Virus record (IMG/VR): IMGVR_UViG_3300031862_000785
Coordinates: 1 to 59,668 of that record
Strand: one strand, 5' to 3'
DNA: 59,668 bases
Source of the DNA: a virus
Lineage: Duplodnaviria; Caudoviricetes
Positions within the stretch are counted from its first letter, which is position 1; every line of letters begins with the position of its first letter. The notes beneath the pieces are model-generated. The model searched no databases. It worked only from the letters and a program-made list of their open reading frames with translations, and was not told the DNA's origin. The position numbers and the translations under genes were made by a program. This document shows positions 18,214 through 27,060 of the stretch, in pieces.

Positions 18214-18750
18214 TCACCTCGCGCTCCCTGGCGACCACTCGCCTTCGGCTCTGTCCGAGGTGGCGATGACGCCACCCTTGCAGATGTAGGGAGCGAGAAG
18301 AGAACGCGCCTCCGCGTTCTCGATCATCTGGCCGGCTGCGCCCGGCGCATACGACTCGCTCAGGCCGTCGACGGAGAACGAGGTGACGCCAGCTGCTTGC
18401 AGGGCGCGTCTGCGCTCCTGCTCCGCTCCCCGCGCCAGTAGCGCGAGTGCTTCCTCGCACTGCGCGTCCTTGACGGGCTGTGGGATCACATAGTTGCCCA
18501 CTTCGTCAGTATCTCGCTTGCGGGGGAAGGTCAGGCGTTGCCGTGGATCGGTAAACGCCGGCCCGCCGCCGTCCCAGAAACGATGGCGCTCCAGGTGCCG
18601 GCAGGCGGTGAGCAGCGCCTTCTCCTTGTCTGCGCTGCTCGCGCCGCTCCACGCATCGACGCGCAAACGGTCGGCGAAGTAGGTTTCCGCCTCCGCGAGG
18701 GTGACGTAGGAGTTGCTGTTCTCGCCGCCAACCGCCGCGTCAATGGCCAC
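18214..18750 (-). CDS. Head-tail connector protein (DnaT-like family)
   Basis: NSYVTLAEAETYF...KEKAL..A...Q.L.FPR...IP..VKDAQCE.A. Confidence 0.8.
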   Translation of the reverse strand: MAIDAAVGGENSNSYVTLAEAETYFADRLRVDAWSGASSADKEKALLTACRHLERHRFWDGGGPAFTDPRQRLTFPRKRDTDEVGNYVIPQPVKDAQCEEALALLARGAEQERRRALQAAGVTSFSVDGLSESYAPGAAGQMIENAEARSLLAPYICKGGVIATSDRAEGEWSPGSAR

Positions 18751-18753
18751 CTG

Positions 18754-19116
18754 CTACTCCTCGACTTCCTCCACCAGGCCGGGCGTGCAGAAGAGCAGGT
18801 GGATGGCATGCGCAGCCGCGAAGGGTTTCGGCGTGGGCGGCACGACCAGGATGTGCTCTCCGTAGCGCCATCGCACGTCCTCGCCAGTCTTGCTGCGCAG
18901 GTTCACGGTAAGGCCGGAGTTCGCGGCTTTCTCCAGGGCGTCCGTGCGCGCCGGCTCCTCCAGCGCCATCAAGGCGGTGAGCCTGCCCGGCTTCCCGCTC
19001 GTTGGCACGGGCGTTCGTTCTGCCGTCGCGACCGCCGCCTCGTTCACAGTCGGCTCCTGGACTGCGGCGGGATCGCTCTCGCCGTCCCCAGGCAGGACAC
19101 TCGTTTCCTTTCGCAT
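18754..19116 (-). CDS. Hypothetical protein
   Basis: 120-aa ORF with GGGAGG RBS. Confidence 0.6.
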   Translation of the reverse strand: MRKETSVLPGDGESDPAAVQEPTVNEAAVATAERTPVPTSGKPGRLTALMALEEPARTDALEKAANSGLTVNLRSKTGEDVRWRYGEHILVVPPTPKPFAAAHAIHLLFCTPGLVEEVEE

Positions 19117-19136
19117 GTTGACCTCCCAGAGTTACT

Positions 19137-19162
19137 CCGGGGCCGGGCTGAGCCGGCCCCGG
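19137..19162. other. GC-rich intergenic hairpin after the capsid genes
   Basis: CCGGGGCCGG-gctgag-CCGGCCCCGG; no clear U tract. Confidence 0.45.
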
Positions 19163-19166
19163 TCGT

Positions 19167-19469
19167 TCACTTGCCGATCGCCAGCCACTCCACGTCCACC
19201 GCGACGGTCGCCGCGATCAGCGTGCAGTCACTGGCCGCCGTGGGCTTCCAGCAGTAGAGGTTGATCTGGCCGGCGGCCGCGCCCAGGCCCCAGGTCGCCA
19301 GGGCGACCTCAAGTCCTGGAGCGGTTGATCGCTTGATCGAGACCAGCACATCCTCCACCTGGGAAAGCCCGGTGGCGATGTTGGTGGCCGACCCGGTGAC
19401 CGATGTCACCCCGCGGGCGATCTTGCGCCCGTCCCGACAGTCAGAGATGATCCGCGCGACGCTACTCAT
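19167..19469 (-). CDS. Putative capsid decoration protein
   Basis: 100-aa beta-rich ORF directly after the major capsid gene; GGAGG RBS. Confidence 0.55.
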   Translation of the reverse strand: MSSVARIISDCRDGRKIARGVTSVTGSATNIATGLSQVEDVLVSIKRSTAPGLEVALATWGLGAAAGQINLYCWKPTAASDCTLIAATVAVDVEWLAIGK

Positions 19470-19479
19470 CGGTCACCTC

Positions 19480-20391
19480 CTACTGCGCCAGGTCTTGCAG
19501 GCTCCCCATGCGGTAGGGGTTCCGGCAGACCAGCTGAGCGTAGTGGGTGATCCAGATCACGTCGGAGTCCTTGGTCTTCGCCATGGGCTTGGCCTCGAAG
19601 TCCTTGAGCACCATGTACTCCAGGAGCTCCTCGTTCACGAAGTCCATGCGGGTCTGCGGATAACCGGGCACCTTGATGAGCGGGACGCCCTCGAAGTCCA
19701 GCGCCTGGTAGCCACCGGTCAGGCTGGTCGGATTCTGCTGGCGGCGCTCGGCCCGCAGCAGGTCGCCGTAGCGGTACCACTGGGTCGAGCCAGCGTAGAT
19801 CGCGGTGACCCGACCGCCCCGCGCTTCCACGGTGGACTTGACGGTGCGGATCAGCTCCTCGGTGAGGTTGCGCGGGGTGCCGCCGTTGGCGCTGACGTAG
19901 GCCTTCCACCAGGTGTAAGTCCCGCGGTCAAGACCGGCGTAGGTGCCGGTGTCGGCGATCGCGGCGAACAGCCCCGTGACGTCCTTGCCGGAGTTGCCGG
20001 TGCCGTCTGACATCAACTGGGTGTTGATGTTGCCCCGCATGTCCGACAGACCCAGATCGAGTTCGGTTCGCAGCGCGGGCACGATCATCCCGCCAGCGTC
20101 ACCGACTGCCTGCGCCAGGCCGGAGACCTCCACCTCGACCTTGTTCAGCTTCCAACCGAGGAAGGCTTTCTTGAAGCCCTGGTTGCCGGCGCCGGCCCCG
20201 GAGTCGCCTTCCGCGTACGAGCCAGCCGAGGCGTTGCCAGCATAGCGCACCGGCCAGCGGACTCCCTCTCCTGCCCCCTGCTTCTGCTGGATGCGGGTCA
20301 GGAGGAAGGTGTTGGTGAACAGGGCCTCCACCCACGGCCCCTTGTAGAGCTGGACGATCAGTTCGGCCAGCGTGGTTGTGGTCGCAGCCAT
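19480..20391 (-). CDS. Major capsid protein (HK97 fold)
   Basis: 303 aa after the scaffold; DGTGNSGKDVTGL, TYAGLDR..YTWW, GYQALDFEGVP. Confidence 0.88.
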   Translation of the reverse strand: MAATTTTLAELIVQLYKGPWVEALFTNTFLLTRIQQKQGAGEGVRWPVRYAGNASAGSYAEGDSGAGAGNQGFKKAFLGWKLNKVEVEVSGLAQAVGDAGGMIVPALRTELDLGLSDMRGNINTQLMSDGTGNSGKDVTGLFAAIADTGTYAGLDRGTYTWWKAYVSANGGTPRNLTEELIRTVKSTVEARGGRVTAIYAGSTQWYRYGDLLRAERRQQNPTSLTGGYQALDFEGVPLIKVPGYPQTRMDFVNEELLEYMVLKDFEAKPMAKTKDSDVIWITHYAQLVCRNPYRMGSLQDLAQ

Positions 20392-20409
20392 TTCTCACTC
20401 CTTCTTTAG

Positions 20410-20435
20410 CCCGCCATAGCCTTAGCGACGGCGGG
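20410..20435. repeat. REP-like hairpin, family A
   Basis: CCCGCCATAGCCTTAGCGACGGCGGG, intergenic. Confidence 0.6.
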
Positions 20436-20444
20436 TGTGCCGGG

Positions 20445-21284
20445 CTAGGTCACGCCGGTGCGCAATGCCTGCTCCAGGCGATCTCCGGCCTCGGCGAGAT
20501 TCTTGGGGGACGGCGGGCTCTGTGGAGCCGGGTTGCTTGCCGCCCCCACGCTCTGCGGTTTCGGTTGCTGCTGTGGCTGGGAGACCAGGTAGGGCTTCTC
20601 CTTGACCAGCGTCTCGACGACCTCGTCGATCCCCGTGACCTTGCCCTCGTCATCCACCTGCACCGCGCCGAAGGGGGGCAGCGACCTGGCGATGATGAAG
20701 GCGACATCGGGATCGACGACGCCCTTGGACTGGGCGGCGAGCAGGAAGCGAGCGCGGATGGCGTCGTCCTTACGGCCGGATGCCTCTTTCTCCCGCGCCT
20801 GGCGCTCCTTCTCATAGAGCTCCTTGAAGCGCTCCTGCTCTTCCAGGGCCTTGCGCTCGGTCTCTTCCTGCGCGGCGGCGATCTCGGCCAGCCGTCGCTC
20901 GGCGCCCTTCGCGCGGGCAGTCAACTGGGCAATGCGATCCCGCACCGCGCCGGTGAACGTGTCGTCGCTCAACTCCAGGGTGCCGTCCTTGACCAGGCGG
21001 TCAATCTGCTCCTGGGTCAGTTTCACCTGGATGCCCTTCGCCTGTGTCGCCGGCGTTTGCGATTGTCCCTGGGCACCCTCGGCTTGCTGTCCCTGGGCAG
21101 GTTGCTGTCCGCCTGTGCTGGACTGGCCTGTCTGCGCGGCGGCCTGGCCCGCTTGCCCGGCGCTTGCCGACTGAGCGGCGTTAGCGCCCTGGGCGGCCTG
21201 CTCTGAGCCGACCGACTGGGCGTCGGCCTGACCCTGGCTGCCAGTTCCTTGCTGTCCCTGCTGGTTCTCGGTTCCTTCGCTCAT
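20445..21284 (-). CDS. Capsid scaffolding protein
   Basis: Q/G low-complexity N-terminus, coiled coil, LVKEKPYLV motif. Confidence 0.85.
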   Translation of the reverse strand: MSEGTENQQGQQGTGSQGQADAQSVGSEQAAQGANAAQSASAGQAGQAAAQTGQSSTGGQQPAQGQQAEGAQGQSQTPATQAKGIQVKLTQEQIDRLVKDGTLELSDDTFTGAVRDRIAQLTARAKGAERRLAEIAAAQEETERKALEEQERFKELYEKERQAREKEASGRKDDAIRARFLLAAQSKGVVDPDVAFIIARSLPPFGAVQVDDEGKVTGIDEVVETLVKEKPYLVSQPQQQPKPQSVGAASNPAPQSPPSPKNLAEAGDRLEQALRTGVT

Positions 21285-21343
21285 GGTCTCCCTCCGGTTT
21301 AACGCCCCGCGGCGGGTGCGCCGGATATCGCTCCGGCGAGCGG

Positions 21344-21691
21344 TTATCTCATGCCCTCCGGCGGCTCCTCATCCATTGCGCCGTAGTGCTTGCGGACGTG
21401 GGCCAGCGCTGCCACCCGCGCCGAGCGAGGCCACTTCACCCCGCCGCGCGCGCCGGACAGCGCGGCTGCGAGCGCATGCACGCCGTTGCGGTTCACCACC
21501 AGGGTGTCTCCCTGGAGTTCGTGGTGCGGCCCGCCCCACTCGCTGCGGTTCTCCAGGTCAGGCACGTAGGCAAAGGCTTCCCGTATCACGGCGGCGTCGC
21601 CGTTCTCAGCAAGCCGCCGCGCCAGGGCGGCCTTGTCCACGTCGCCCCACGCCTTGTCCGAAACCGTCGAGTTGTCAATCCGGATCGCCAT
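21344..21691 (-). CDS. Head-region hypothetical protein
   Basis: W..VDK...AFA...PHH...VNRNGVHALAAAL.GARGG...AH..KHY, a pattern seen in phage head morphogenesis genes. Confidence 0.65.
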   Translation of the reverse strand: MAIRIDNSTVSDKAWGDVDKAALARRLAENGDAAVIREAFAYVPDLENRSEWGGPHHELQGDTLVVNRNGVHALAAALSGARGGVKWPRSARVAALAHVRKHYGAMDEEPPEGMR

Positions 21692-21706
21692 CTCCAGCAT
21701 CTCCTG

Positions 21707-21810
21707 AAAAAGCAAAGAGGCGGGCTTTCTCTGAGCCGCCTGGGGCTACCAGGCACAGCTCTCAGAAAGCCCGCCTCTCGTTATCGAGTCGGCGGTATGC
21801 TATTCAGTTC
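21707..21810 (-). ncRNA. Structured leader/attenuator (copy 1) upstream of the head operon
   Basis: GAATAG-N8-CGA-CTCG(ATAA)CGAG, then a 15-bp stem (21716-30/21764-78) and TTGCTTTTT. Confidence 0.6.
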
Positions 21811-21815
21811 ACCCT

Positions 21816-21843
21816 ATTCTATCGCACCCGGGCCAGGTGTCAA
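21816..21843 (-). promoter_or_regulatory. Sigma70-type promoter
   Basis: TTGACA-N16-TAGAAT. Confidence 0.7.
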
Positions 21844-21935
21844 TACCCTCTTCCCGCGGCCTGTGTCCCGGGCGGGGTGGTCTGCTGCGTGCCAGCGCCT
21901 TGCTGTCCGCCCCTGACCTGATCCGAGGGGGCTTG

Positions 21936-22163
21936 TCAATCCTCGCCGGCGCCCTCCGCCATGACAAGCATCTCCTCCATGCGCATGAGCTGGGCGCGCT
22001 CCAGGCCGCCTCGGGCTCGCCGGAGATAGCGCTGGAGGGTCCGCCGGGCCTCCGGCGTCCCAGCGGCCCGCAGAATCGCGGCGCTCGCCTCTTCCATGAA
22101 GCCGGGCCGGATGCGGTGCCCTTTCCTCCTTCCACGCAGTAGTTCGTCGATGAAATCGGACAT
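21936..22163 (-). CDS. Small helical protein, candidate MuF immunity protein
   Basis: 75 aa, starts 2 nt after the MuF stop codon. Confidence 0.5.
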   Translation of the reverse strand: MSDFIDELLRGRRKGHRIRPGFMEEASAAILRAAGTPEARRTLQRYLRRARGGLERAQLMRMEEMLVMAEGAGED

Positions 22164-22165
22164 GC

Positions 22166-25100
22166 TTACGGCCTCGCTTGCTGTAGTGCCAGGGCCTCTT
22201 CAGCGAAATTCACCACCACGTTGTGGTCTGGCGAGTGGCCTACGATGGCTTCTATCTCCACTGCCGTTCTCACCCCATGCTTCGTCTTTCCGTAGTAACT
22301 CTCCATGCGCTGCGATAGCTCCCAGAGCCGCTGGTCGCGAGGGGTGCGGTAGGCCAAGTCCAGGTAGAGCTTCGGGTCAATCCCGCGCATCGGCTCAAAC
22401 ATGGAGCGCCCGGCATAAGGCCCGCCGAGAGCCTTGGCCAGGGCCTGCTGATAATCGCCATAGCTTGCCATCCCGGCAAAGTCGCGCTTGTCCAGGCCGG
22501 AGGGAAACCCCATGATGCGCTCGAAGAGCTTCGGCGCCGTCTCGTCGGCCCCCGCGGCGGTAAGGCCTTCCTCTATCCACCTCTGCGCCGCCGTCGCGTA
22601 CTCGTGGGTCTTGATTGCCCCGTCCATCCCCATAGCATGGGTTGCCTCATGCACCAGGGTGTTGAAGGAAGAGGTCATTTCCATCTTCTGGTTCCGGGAA
22701 AGCTTTGCCCAGGAAGCTGCATCGTGCTTCAACATCGCATCCAGGCGATTCCTCGCCTCCGAGCCGATGCTGATGGCGCAGTCCCAGTCCTTGTGCCCGC
22801 CGAAGGCGCCTCGACCGGTGCGCAAGTCTCCATTCCATCCATGCTTCGCGCCCACCATCTCAGCCAGCTCATCGCAAGTGCGCCCCGTCAGTTCCAGGTC
22901 TGTCTTTGGCTTCGTGAGCTTGGGCGGAGCAGCGATGGGCCGAGCGGCGGCCACGGCCTGTCCCGTGCGCTTGCCGCGCTCCGCCACGCCGAAGAAAGCC
23001 GGCCCGCTGATTGCCCGATAGCCCGTTATTGCCCGGGCCGCCTCGGTGAGGGAGCTATAGACGCGGCCCTCGTAGTAGACCTTGCCTCCTTCGAGGATGT
23101 TCACAACATGTCGTTGGCCCTTGAAGGTGCGCTCCAGGACGGTGCCCGCGGGCAGAGCGCGCAGCTCTGGCTCCGGGATGGACACCCGCGTGGGTCTGAG
23201 GCGCCCTCGCGCCGCGGCAACCCCTGCCCGCCCCGCCCGCACAAGCTGCCGCTTTCCCGCGGCCCGGGCGACGCCGGGGAACTCCTTGCGGAAGCGCCGT
23301 TGGAGTTCGGCAGGGGACTTGTTCAGGAGGTCGGGCGAGATGATGCCCCGCTTCTTCTCGTCGTCGGTTGCGAGGCGTTCCACGAATGGCGTGAGCACGT
23401 GAACGCAGTTGTGCACCACGAGTCCCTCCACGACGTAGCTGTTGTCCTCCAGCACCTCAAGGTTGAAGACCCGACAAGTACGCCACCGCTCCGGTATGTA
23501 AGAAGTAGGCGCCCACTGCGTGTCCCTGGGTGCCGCGGGAGGCGACCCGTGACCATGCACTGCCTGATCTGTGGGAAGGCCATGAGCGTCAACGCCTCGG
23601 CGAAGCAGCGGCGACGCACCTGCGGTTATGCCTGTCGGGCTGAGTTGCAGTTCCGGCGTTCGCTGGCCCGCATGGAGGAACTCGTCGGCGAGCCACTCGA
23701 GCGCTACCTGCGACGCCGCTACGAGAAGGAGTGTTGCTCCATCAACGACCTCGCGCGCGAGCTCACCGGCGGTGACGTCCACACCATCCTCAAAGCCATG
23801 CGCCGACTTGAGGTGCCAGTCCGCCCCAGAGGCCATCAGGTCAAGGGCCTCACCAAAGAGACTTCTGACCTCTATGACCTCCACTCCCTTCGGATGCAGG
23901 TGTGCAATCCCTCGCAGCTCCGCCACACCCAGATCGCGCGAGCGCGCGGCCAGGCGCTGCGGAGCCGCCGCCGGCCTTCCCCCTCGGAGAAGAAACTCGC
24001 AGATCTGCTCGCCGGAAGCCATCTGACGGAGCGATGGCGCTTCCAAATGCCGTGGCGTGGCTACGTGCTCGACTTCGCGTTCCCGGCCGTTCTTCTTGAC
24101 GTGGAGCTCGATGGGAAGAACCACTGGAACTCCGACCGGCGCGCCCGTGACCGAAAGCGAGATGCTTTCCTGGCCGAGGAGGGATGGAAGGTGGTGCGCA
24201 TCAGCACGAAGCGCTTCGAGTCCAACCCACGGAAGGTCTTGGCCGAAATCCTGGCCCTCCTGGCCGACCGCCAGCGGGACATGGTGGCGAGCAACATGCC
24301 CAGCCGCTATCCAGCCCCAGGGGCACAGGAATGGGTGTTCTGGTGTCGCTGACACCTGCGATTCGCCGGCCATGAGCGTGACGACCGGCCCCTCGTAGGG
24401 ACGGGCGAACACTTCGGTGACGGCCCTGTAGCGACCGCGGTGAGTGAGCACCTCGTCGCCAACGCGTACCTTCTCAATCGGCACCAGGCCGTGGCGGGTC
24501 GTGACACGTTGGCCTGGCAACAGGCACCGCGGGTGAAAAGGCGGGCCGCCGTTGATGGCGGTGATCGGCGGATACACGGGGTGCGGCCCGTCGAGAGAGA
24601 CGACGGCATTCTCATAGTAGCGGCAGAAGTCTTCCGCGTTGTGCGCCGATACCTGGGCGAGGGTAACGCCGTGCTCGCGCAGGCGGTTGATGGTGCCCTG
24701 GGTCATCGCCTCGCGCGTGGTCGTGCGCGCCACCATTTCGGCATAGCGGTCGAGGGGCCACTGCCGCCCTAGCGCGTCCACGAACGTCGGCCTGCCCGCA
24801 GCAATCAGCCGCTGCTCCAGTTCGCGGCTGACCTCAATACGAGCGCGGCCGGCGGCAATCCCCCTGGCAACAGCGAGCATCCCCTCCCGTCGGAAGACGT
24901 CGTCCACGCGGCGGCCTATCTGCACGAGTGCCGCGCTTGTGGTCTGCAGCATAGACTCCATGATTGCCCGCGCGGCCTCTCGGTGCACCTGGGAGAAGAC
25001 TTCTCGCTCGCGGCGGCCTACTACCGTTGTTCCGCGTCGGCGCAGGTTGATTCCCGCGCGGCGGATGTTGCGAACTCCTTCGTCGGCGAACTCAAGCCCG

Positions 25101-25351
25101 ATGTCGTAGGCGCGGGGGATGTTGAACTCTATCCAGGCAGCAGCCTCGTCTCCGAGATCGGCGAGGATAGTCTGATACTGGCGCAGCAGGGCGACGGCCC
25201 GGCCTCGCTGCCCGGCGAGCGTCGCCGCGTCCGCGAGCACGTCCATCATGTCTGCCGCCCCGTCCCGATAGAGAGCAGCCAGAGAGTTGATCTCGCCGGT
25301 GAATGCTCGCCGGAACTCCTCAACTCGGCGACGGCCGATGGGTGGAGGCAC
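22166..25351 (-). CDS. MuF/minor head protein with intein, DUF2924/RAMA-like domain and C-terminal zincin metallopeptidase
   Basis: Follows the portal; GRQWPLDRYAEMVARTT, C..Y.N, PPFHPR|C..HVL; HEATH...WIEEG near the C-terminus. Confidence 0.85.
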   Translation of the reverse strand: MPPPIGRRRVEEFRRAFTGEINSLAALYRDGAADMMDVLADAATLAGQRGRAVALLRQYQTILADLGDEAAAWIEFNIPRAYDIGLEFADEGVRNIRRAGINLRRRGTTVVGRREREVFSQVHREAARAIMESMLQTTSAALVQIGRRVDDVFRREGMLAVARGIAAGRARIEVSRELEQRLIAAGRPTFVDALGRQWPLDRYAEMVARTTTREAMTQGTINRLREHGVTLAQVSAHNAEDFCRYYENAVVSLDGPHPVYPPITAINGGPPFHPRCLLPGQRVTTRHGLVPIEKVRVGDEVLTHRGRYRAVTEVFARPYEGPVVTLMAGESQVSATPEHPFLCPWGWIAAGHVARHHVPLAVGQEGQDFGQDLPWVGLEALRADAHHLPSLLGQESISLSVTGAPVGVPVVLPIELHVKKNGREREVEHVATPRHLEAPSLRQMASGEQICEFLLRGGRPAAAPQRLAARSRDLGVAELRGIAHLHPKGVEVIEVRSLFGEALDLMASGADWHLKSAHGFEDGVDVTAGELAREVVDGATLLLVAASQVALEWLADEFLHAGQRTPELQLSPTGITAGASPLLRRGVDAHGLPTDQAVHGHGSPPAAPRDTQWAPTSYIPERWRTCRVFNLEVLEDNSYVVEGLVVHNCVHVLTPFVERLATDDEKKRGIISPDLLNKSPAELQRRFRKEFPGVARAAGKRQLVRAGRAGVAAARGRLRPTRVSIPEPELRALPAGTVLERTFKGQRHVVNILEGGKVYYEGRVYSSLTEAARAITGYRAISGPAFFGVAERGKRTGQAVAAARPIAAPPKLTKPKTDLELTGRTCDELAEMVGAKHGWNGDLRTGRGAFGGHKDWDCAISIGSEARNRLDAMLKHDAASWAKLSRNQKMEMTSSFNTLVHEATHAMGMDGAIKTHEYATAAQRWIEEGLTAAGADETAPKLFERIMGFPSGLDKRDFAGMASYGDYQQALAKALGGPYAGRSMFEPMRGIDPKLYLDLAYRTPRDQRLWELSQRMESYYGKTKHGVRTAVEIEAIVGHSPDHNVVVNFAEEALALQQARP
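23408..24526 (-). mobile_element. Intein (373 aa, residues 276-648 of MuF)
   Basis: Block A CLLPGQRV...IEKVRVGDEVLTH; block B ATPEHPF; blocks F/G VFNLEV.EDNSYVVEGLVVHN, followed by +1 Cys. Confidence 0.93.
23549..24352 (+). CDS. DUF559/Vsr-like homing endonuclease encoded antisense within the intein
   Basis: GGGAGG at 23537-42, GTG 23549 (or ATG 23555); CxxC..CxxxC, HTH-like segment, then SPSEKKL..FQ..YVLDF..VELDG..HW..RD..RD..L...GWKVVRI. Confidence 0.85.
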   Translation: MTMHCLICGKAMSVNASAKQRRRTCGYACRAELQFRRSLARMEELVGEPLERYLRRRYEKECCSINDLARELTGGDVHTILKAMRRLEVPVRPRGHQVKGLTKETSDLYDLHSLRMQVCNPSQLRHTQIARARGQALRSRRRPSPSEKKLADLLAGSHLTERWRFQMPWRGYVLDFAFPAVLLDVELDGKNHWNSDRRARDRKRDAFLAEEGWKVVRISTKRFESNPRKVLAEILALLADRQRDMVASNMPSRYPAPGAQEWVFWCR

Positions 25352-25452
25352 GCTTCAACGCTCCTCACGACAGGCACTGACACTGGGTCCACAGCCCCGA
25401 AACCGGACTGCGCGCGGCACATGTCGGATCACACAGATCCACCACATGCAGC

Positions 25453-26952
25453 TCACCCCTCTGCCCCGGCCTCCGGCTGCTCCTCTGTGCGGGCTTCCTG
25501 CCCCTTGCGACCGCCAGCCCCGGTGAGAGCCACGGCCTGCCCGGTTTCCTCGGCGATCCGCGCCACCTCGGCCTCGACCGCGTCCGGGCCGTCCAGGCGG
25601 CGCACTGAGGACTCGACCGAGGTGTTGCCCGAGGCCAGGCGCTGGCTCTCGATCTCCACCATCTCCACCATGTCCTCTGGCAGCCCATCCGCCCACTGGA
25701 TGGTCGGCTCGGCAGGCTCGTATTCGCCGGACCCGTGAGTCACATCAAGAACCTGGGCGGTGAGGAGCGCCGCTTTGAGCGCGGTATCGTAGTAGAGCCG
25801 CTTGCGGTTGATCTTTGCCAGGGTGCGCAGCAGTCGAAGCCGCAATGCCCGGCCGCTTTCGGCGACTCCGAACTTGTCCAGCCCGAAAGCCGACGGCGCG
25901 GTCTCGGAGAGCATGAAGAGCAGGTCGAGCAACTTCTCGAACTGTGTGAAGGCCGCGGTCAGGTGGGCGTCCCAGGTGATGTAGGAAGGAGGCTGATCGC
26001 CCGGCCCCAGCTCGATGGTCTCCATGTGGTCGAACCGAATCTTCCCATCTTCGTCCACGAAGCCGGGCGGCACCACGATCTTCGGAGCCACGTGCTTATC
26101 CAGCACTTCATCGATCTGGGAAACGCGGTTATTCAAGGACTCGAAGAGCGACTCAAGGCCCTCATAGTCGCTGATCCCCCAGAACCGCGAGCCGTACCGG
26201 AAGTTGGGGACGTGGAAGATCGGGATGTGATCCAGGCCGGTCTGTTCCTCTTCGGGCAGGTCCTGATAGGCTTCGAGGGTCTTCAGGGGAATCTGCTGGA
26301 GCGCCTTGCCGCCAATCGTGATCGTCGCGGCCTGGCTTCCCGCGACGGACAGAGTGGAGACGCTGCCCAGATCGAAGAGCTGGTGGCGGATGACGCCTGG
26401 CTCGTGCACCTCGGCTCGCAGGTAGGCGCGCTTGGCATCCTTGGGATCGCGCTTCACCCAGGCAAGGGTGACGCGGATCACCTTGCGCACATCATCGTCA
26501 TCCAGTTCGGGGAAGTAGATGCTGGCGGGGACCTCTTCAATGATCGACTCTGGTTGCTCTGCTTGCGGAGTCCGCTTCCCCCAGCGCACCTTGTAGACTG
26601 CATCCCCCCGGAACGAGTTGGACAGGGCCGATTCGTAGTTGACGGCGTGCAGGTTATTGCGACTGACGACCTGGGCCAGCGCTTCCTGCGCCTTCTCATC
26701 CTCCTGTGTTGCCAGGCCCGCCTTGAGCGAAGCCGAAAGGAAGTCTGGCTGCTCCCCGAAAAGCAGGTCAGCGGAAAGCCGCGAGATCAGCCCGGCGAAG
26801 TTGGCCACGATATAGCGCTTCATCTGGTAGGGCTGCGGCACCACGGCAAAGACCAGCTTGTGCTGCCCCAGGAACAGCCGCTCATACCGCTGGTAAGTGG
26901 CGATGCGCTCCTGGTGCCCCTTGGGCGGGTAAGTGCTCAGGTCAAGTGCCAC
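25453..26952 (-). CDS. Portal protein (SPP1 gp6-like)
   Basis: 499 aa; NFAGLISRLSADLLFGE, HVPN, WGISDY, ESGRALR; AAGGAG RBS. Confidence 0.9.
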   Translation of the reverse strand: MALDLSTYPPKGHQERIATYQRYERLFLGQHKLVFAVVPQPYQMKRYIVANFAGLISRLSADLLFGEQPDFLSASLKAGLATQEDEKAQEALAQVVSRNNLHAVNYESALSNSFRGDAVYKVRWGKRTPQAEQPESIIEEVPASIYFPELDDDDVRKVIRVTLAWVKRDPKDAKRAYLRAEVHEPGVIRHQLFDLGSVSTLSVAGSQAATITIGGKALQQIPLKTLEAYQDLPEEEQTGLDHIPIFHVPNFRYGSRFWGISDYEGLESLFESLNNRVSQIDEVLDKHVAPKIVVPPGFVDEDGKIRFDHMETIELGPGDQPPSYITWDAHLTAAFTQFEKLLDLLFMLSETAPSAFGLDKFGVAESGRALRLRLLRTLAKINRKRLYYDTALKAALLTAQVLDVTHGSGEYEPAEPTIQWADGLPEDMVEMVEIESQRLASGNTSVESSVRRLDGPDAVEAEVARIAEETGQAVALTGAGGRKGQEARTEEQPEAGAEG

Positions 26953-26974
26953 TACATATCTCCTTTCCGCTGGG

Positions 26975-27055
26975 AAAGCAAAAGCGAGCCGAGGTCCTGT
27001 CAGGGAACCTGCGGCTCGCCTCCGGTTATCCGGTCGCCGAGCGTCTATTCGATTG
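26975..27055 (-). ncRNA. Structured leader/attenuator (copy 2) upstream of the portal
   Basis: GAATAG-N8-CGA-CCGG(ATAA)CCGG-AG, then GCGAGCC..GGCTCGC stem and TTTTGCTTT. Confidence 0.6.
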
Positions 27056-27060
27056 TCAGC

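Noticed and set aside
25355-25452. Small ORF between portal and MuF
   Set aside because: About 30 codons, competing frames and no recognisable motif.
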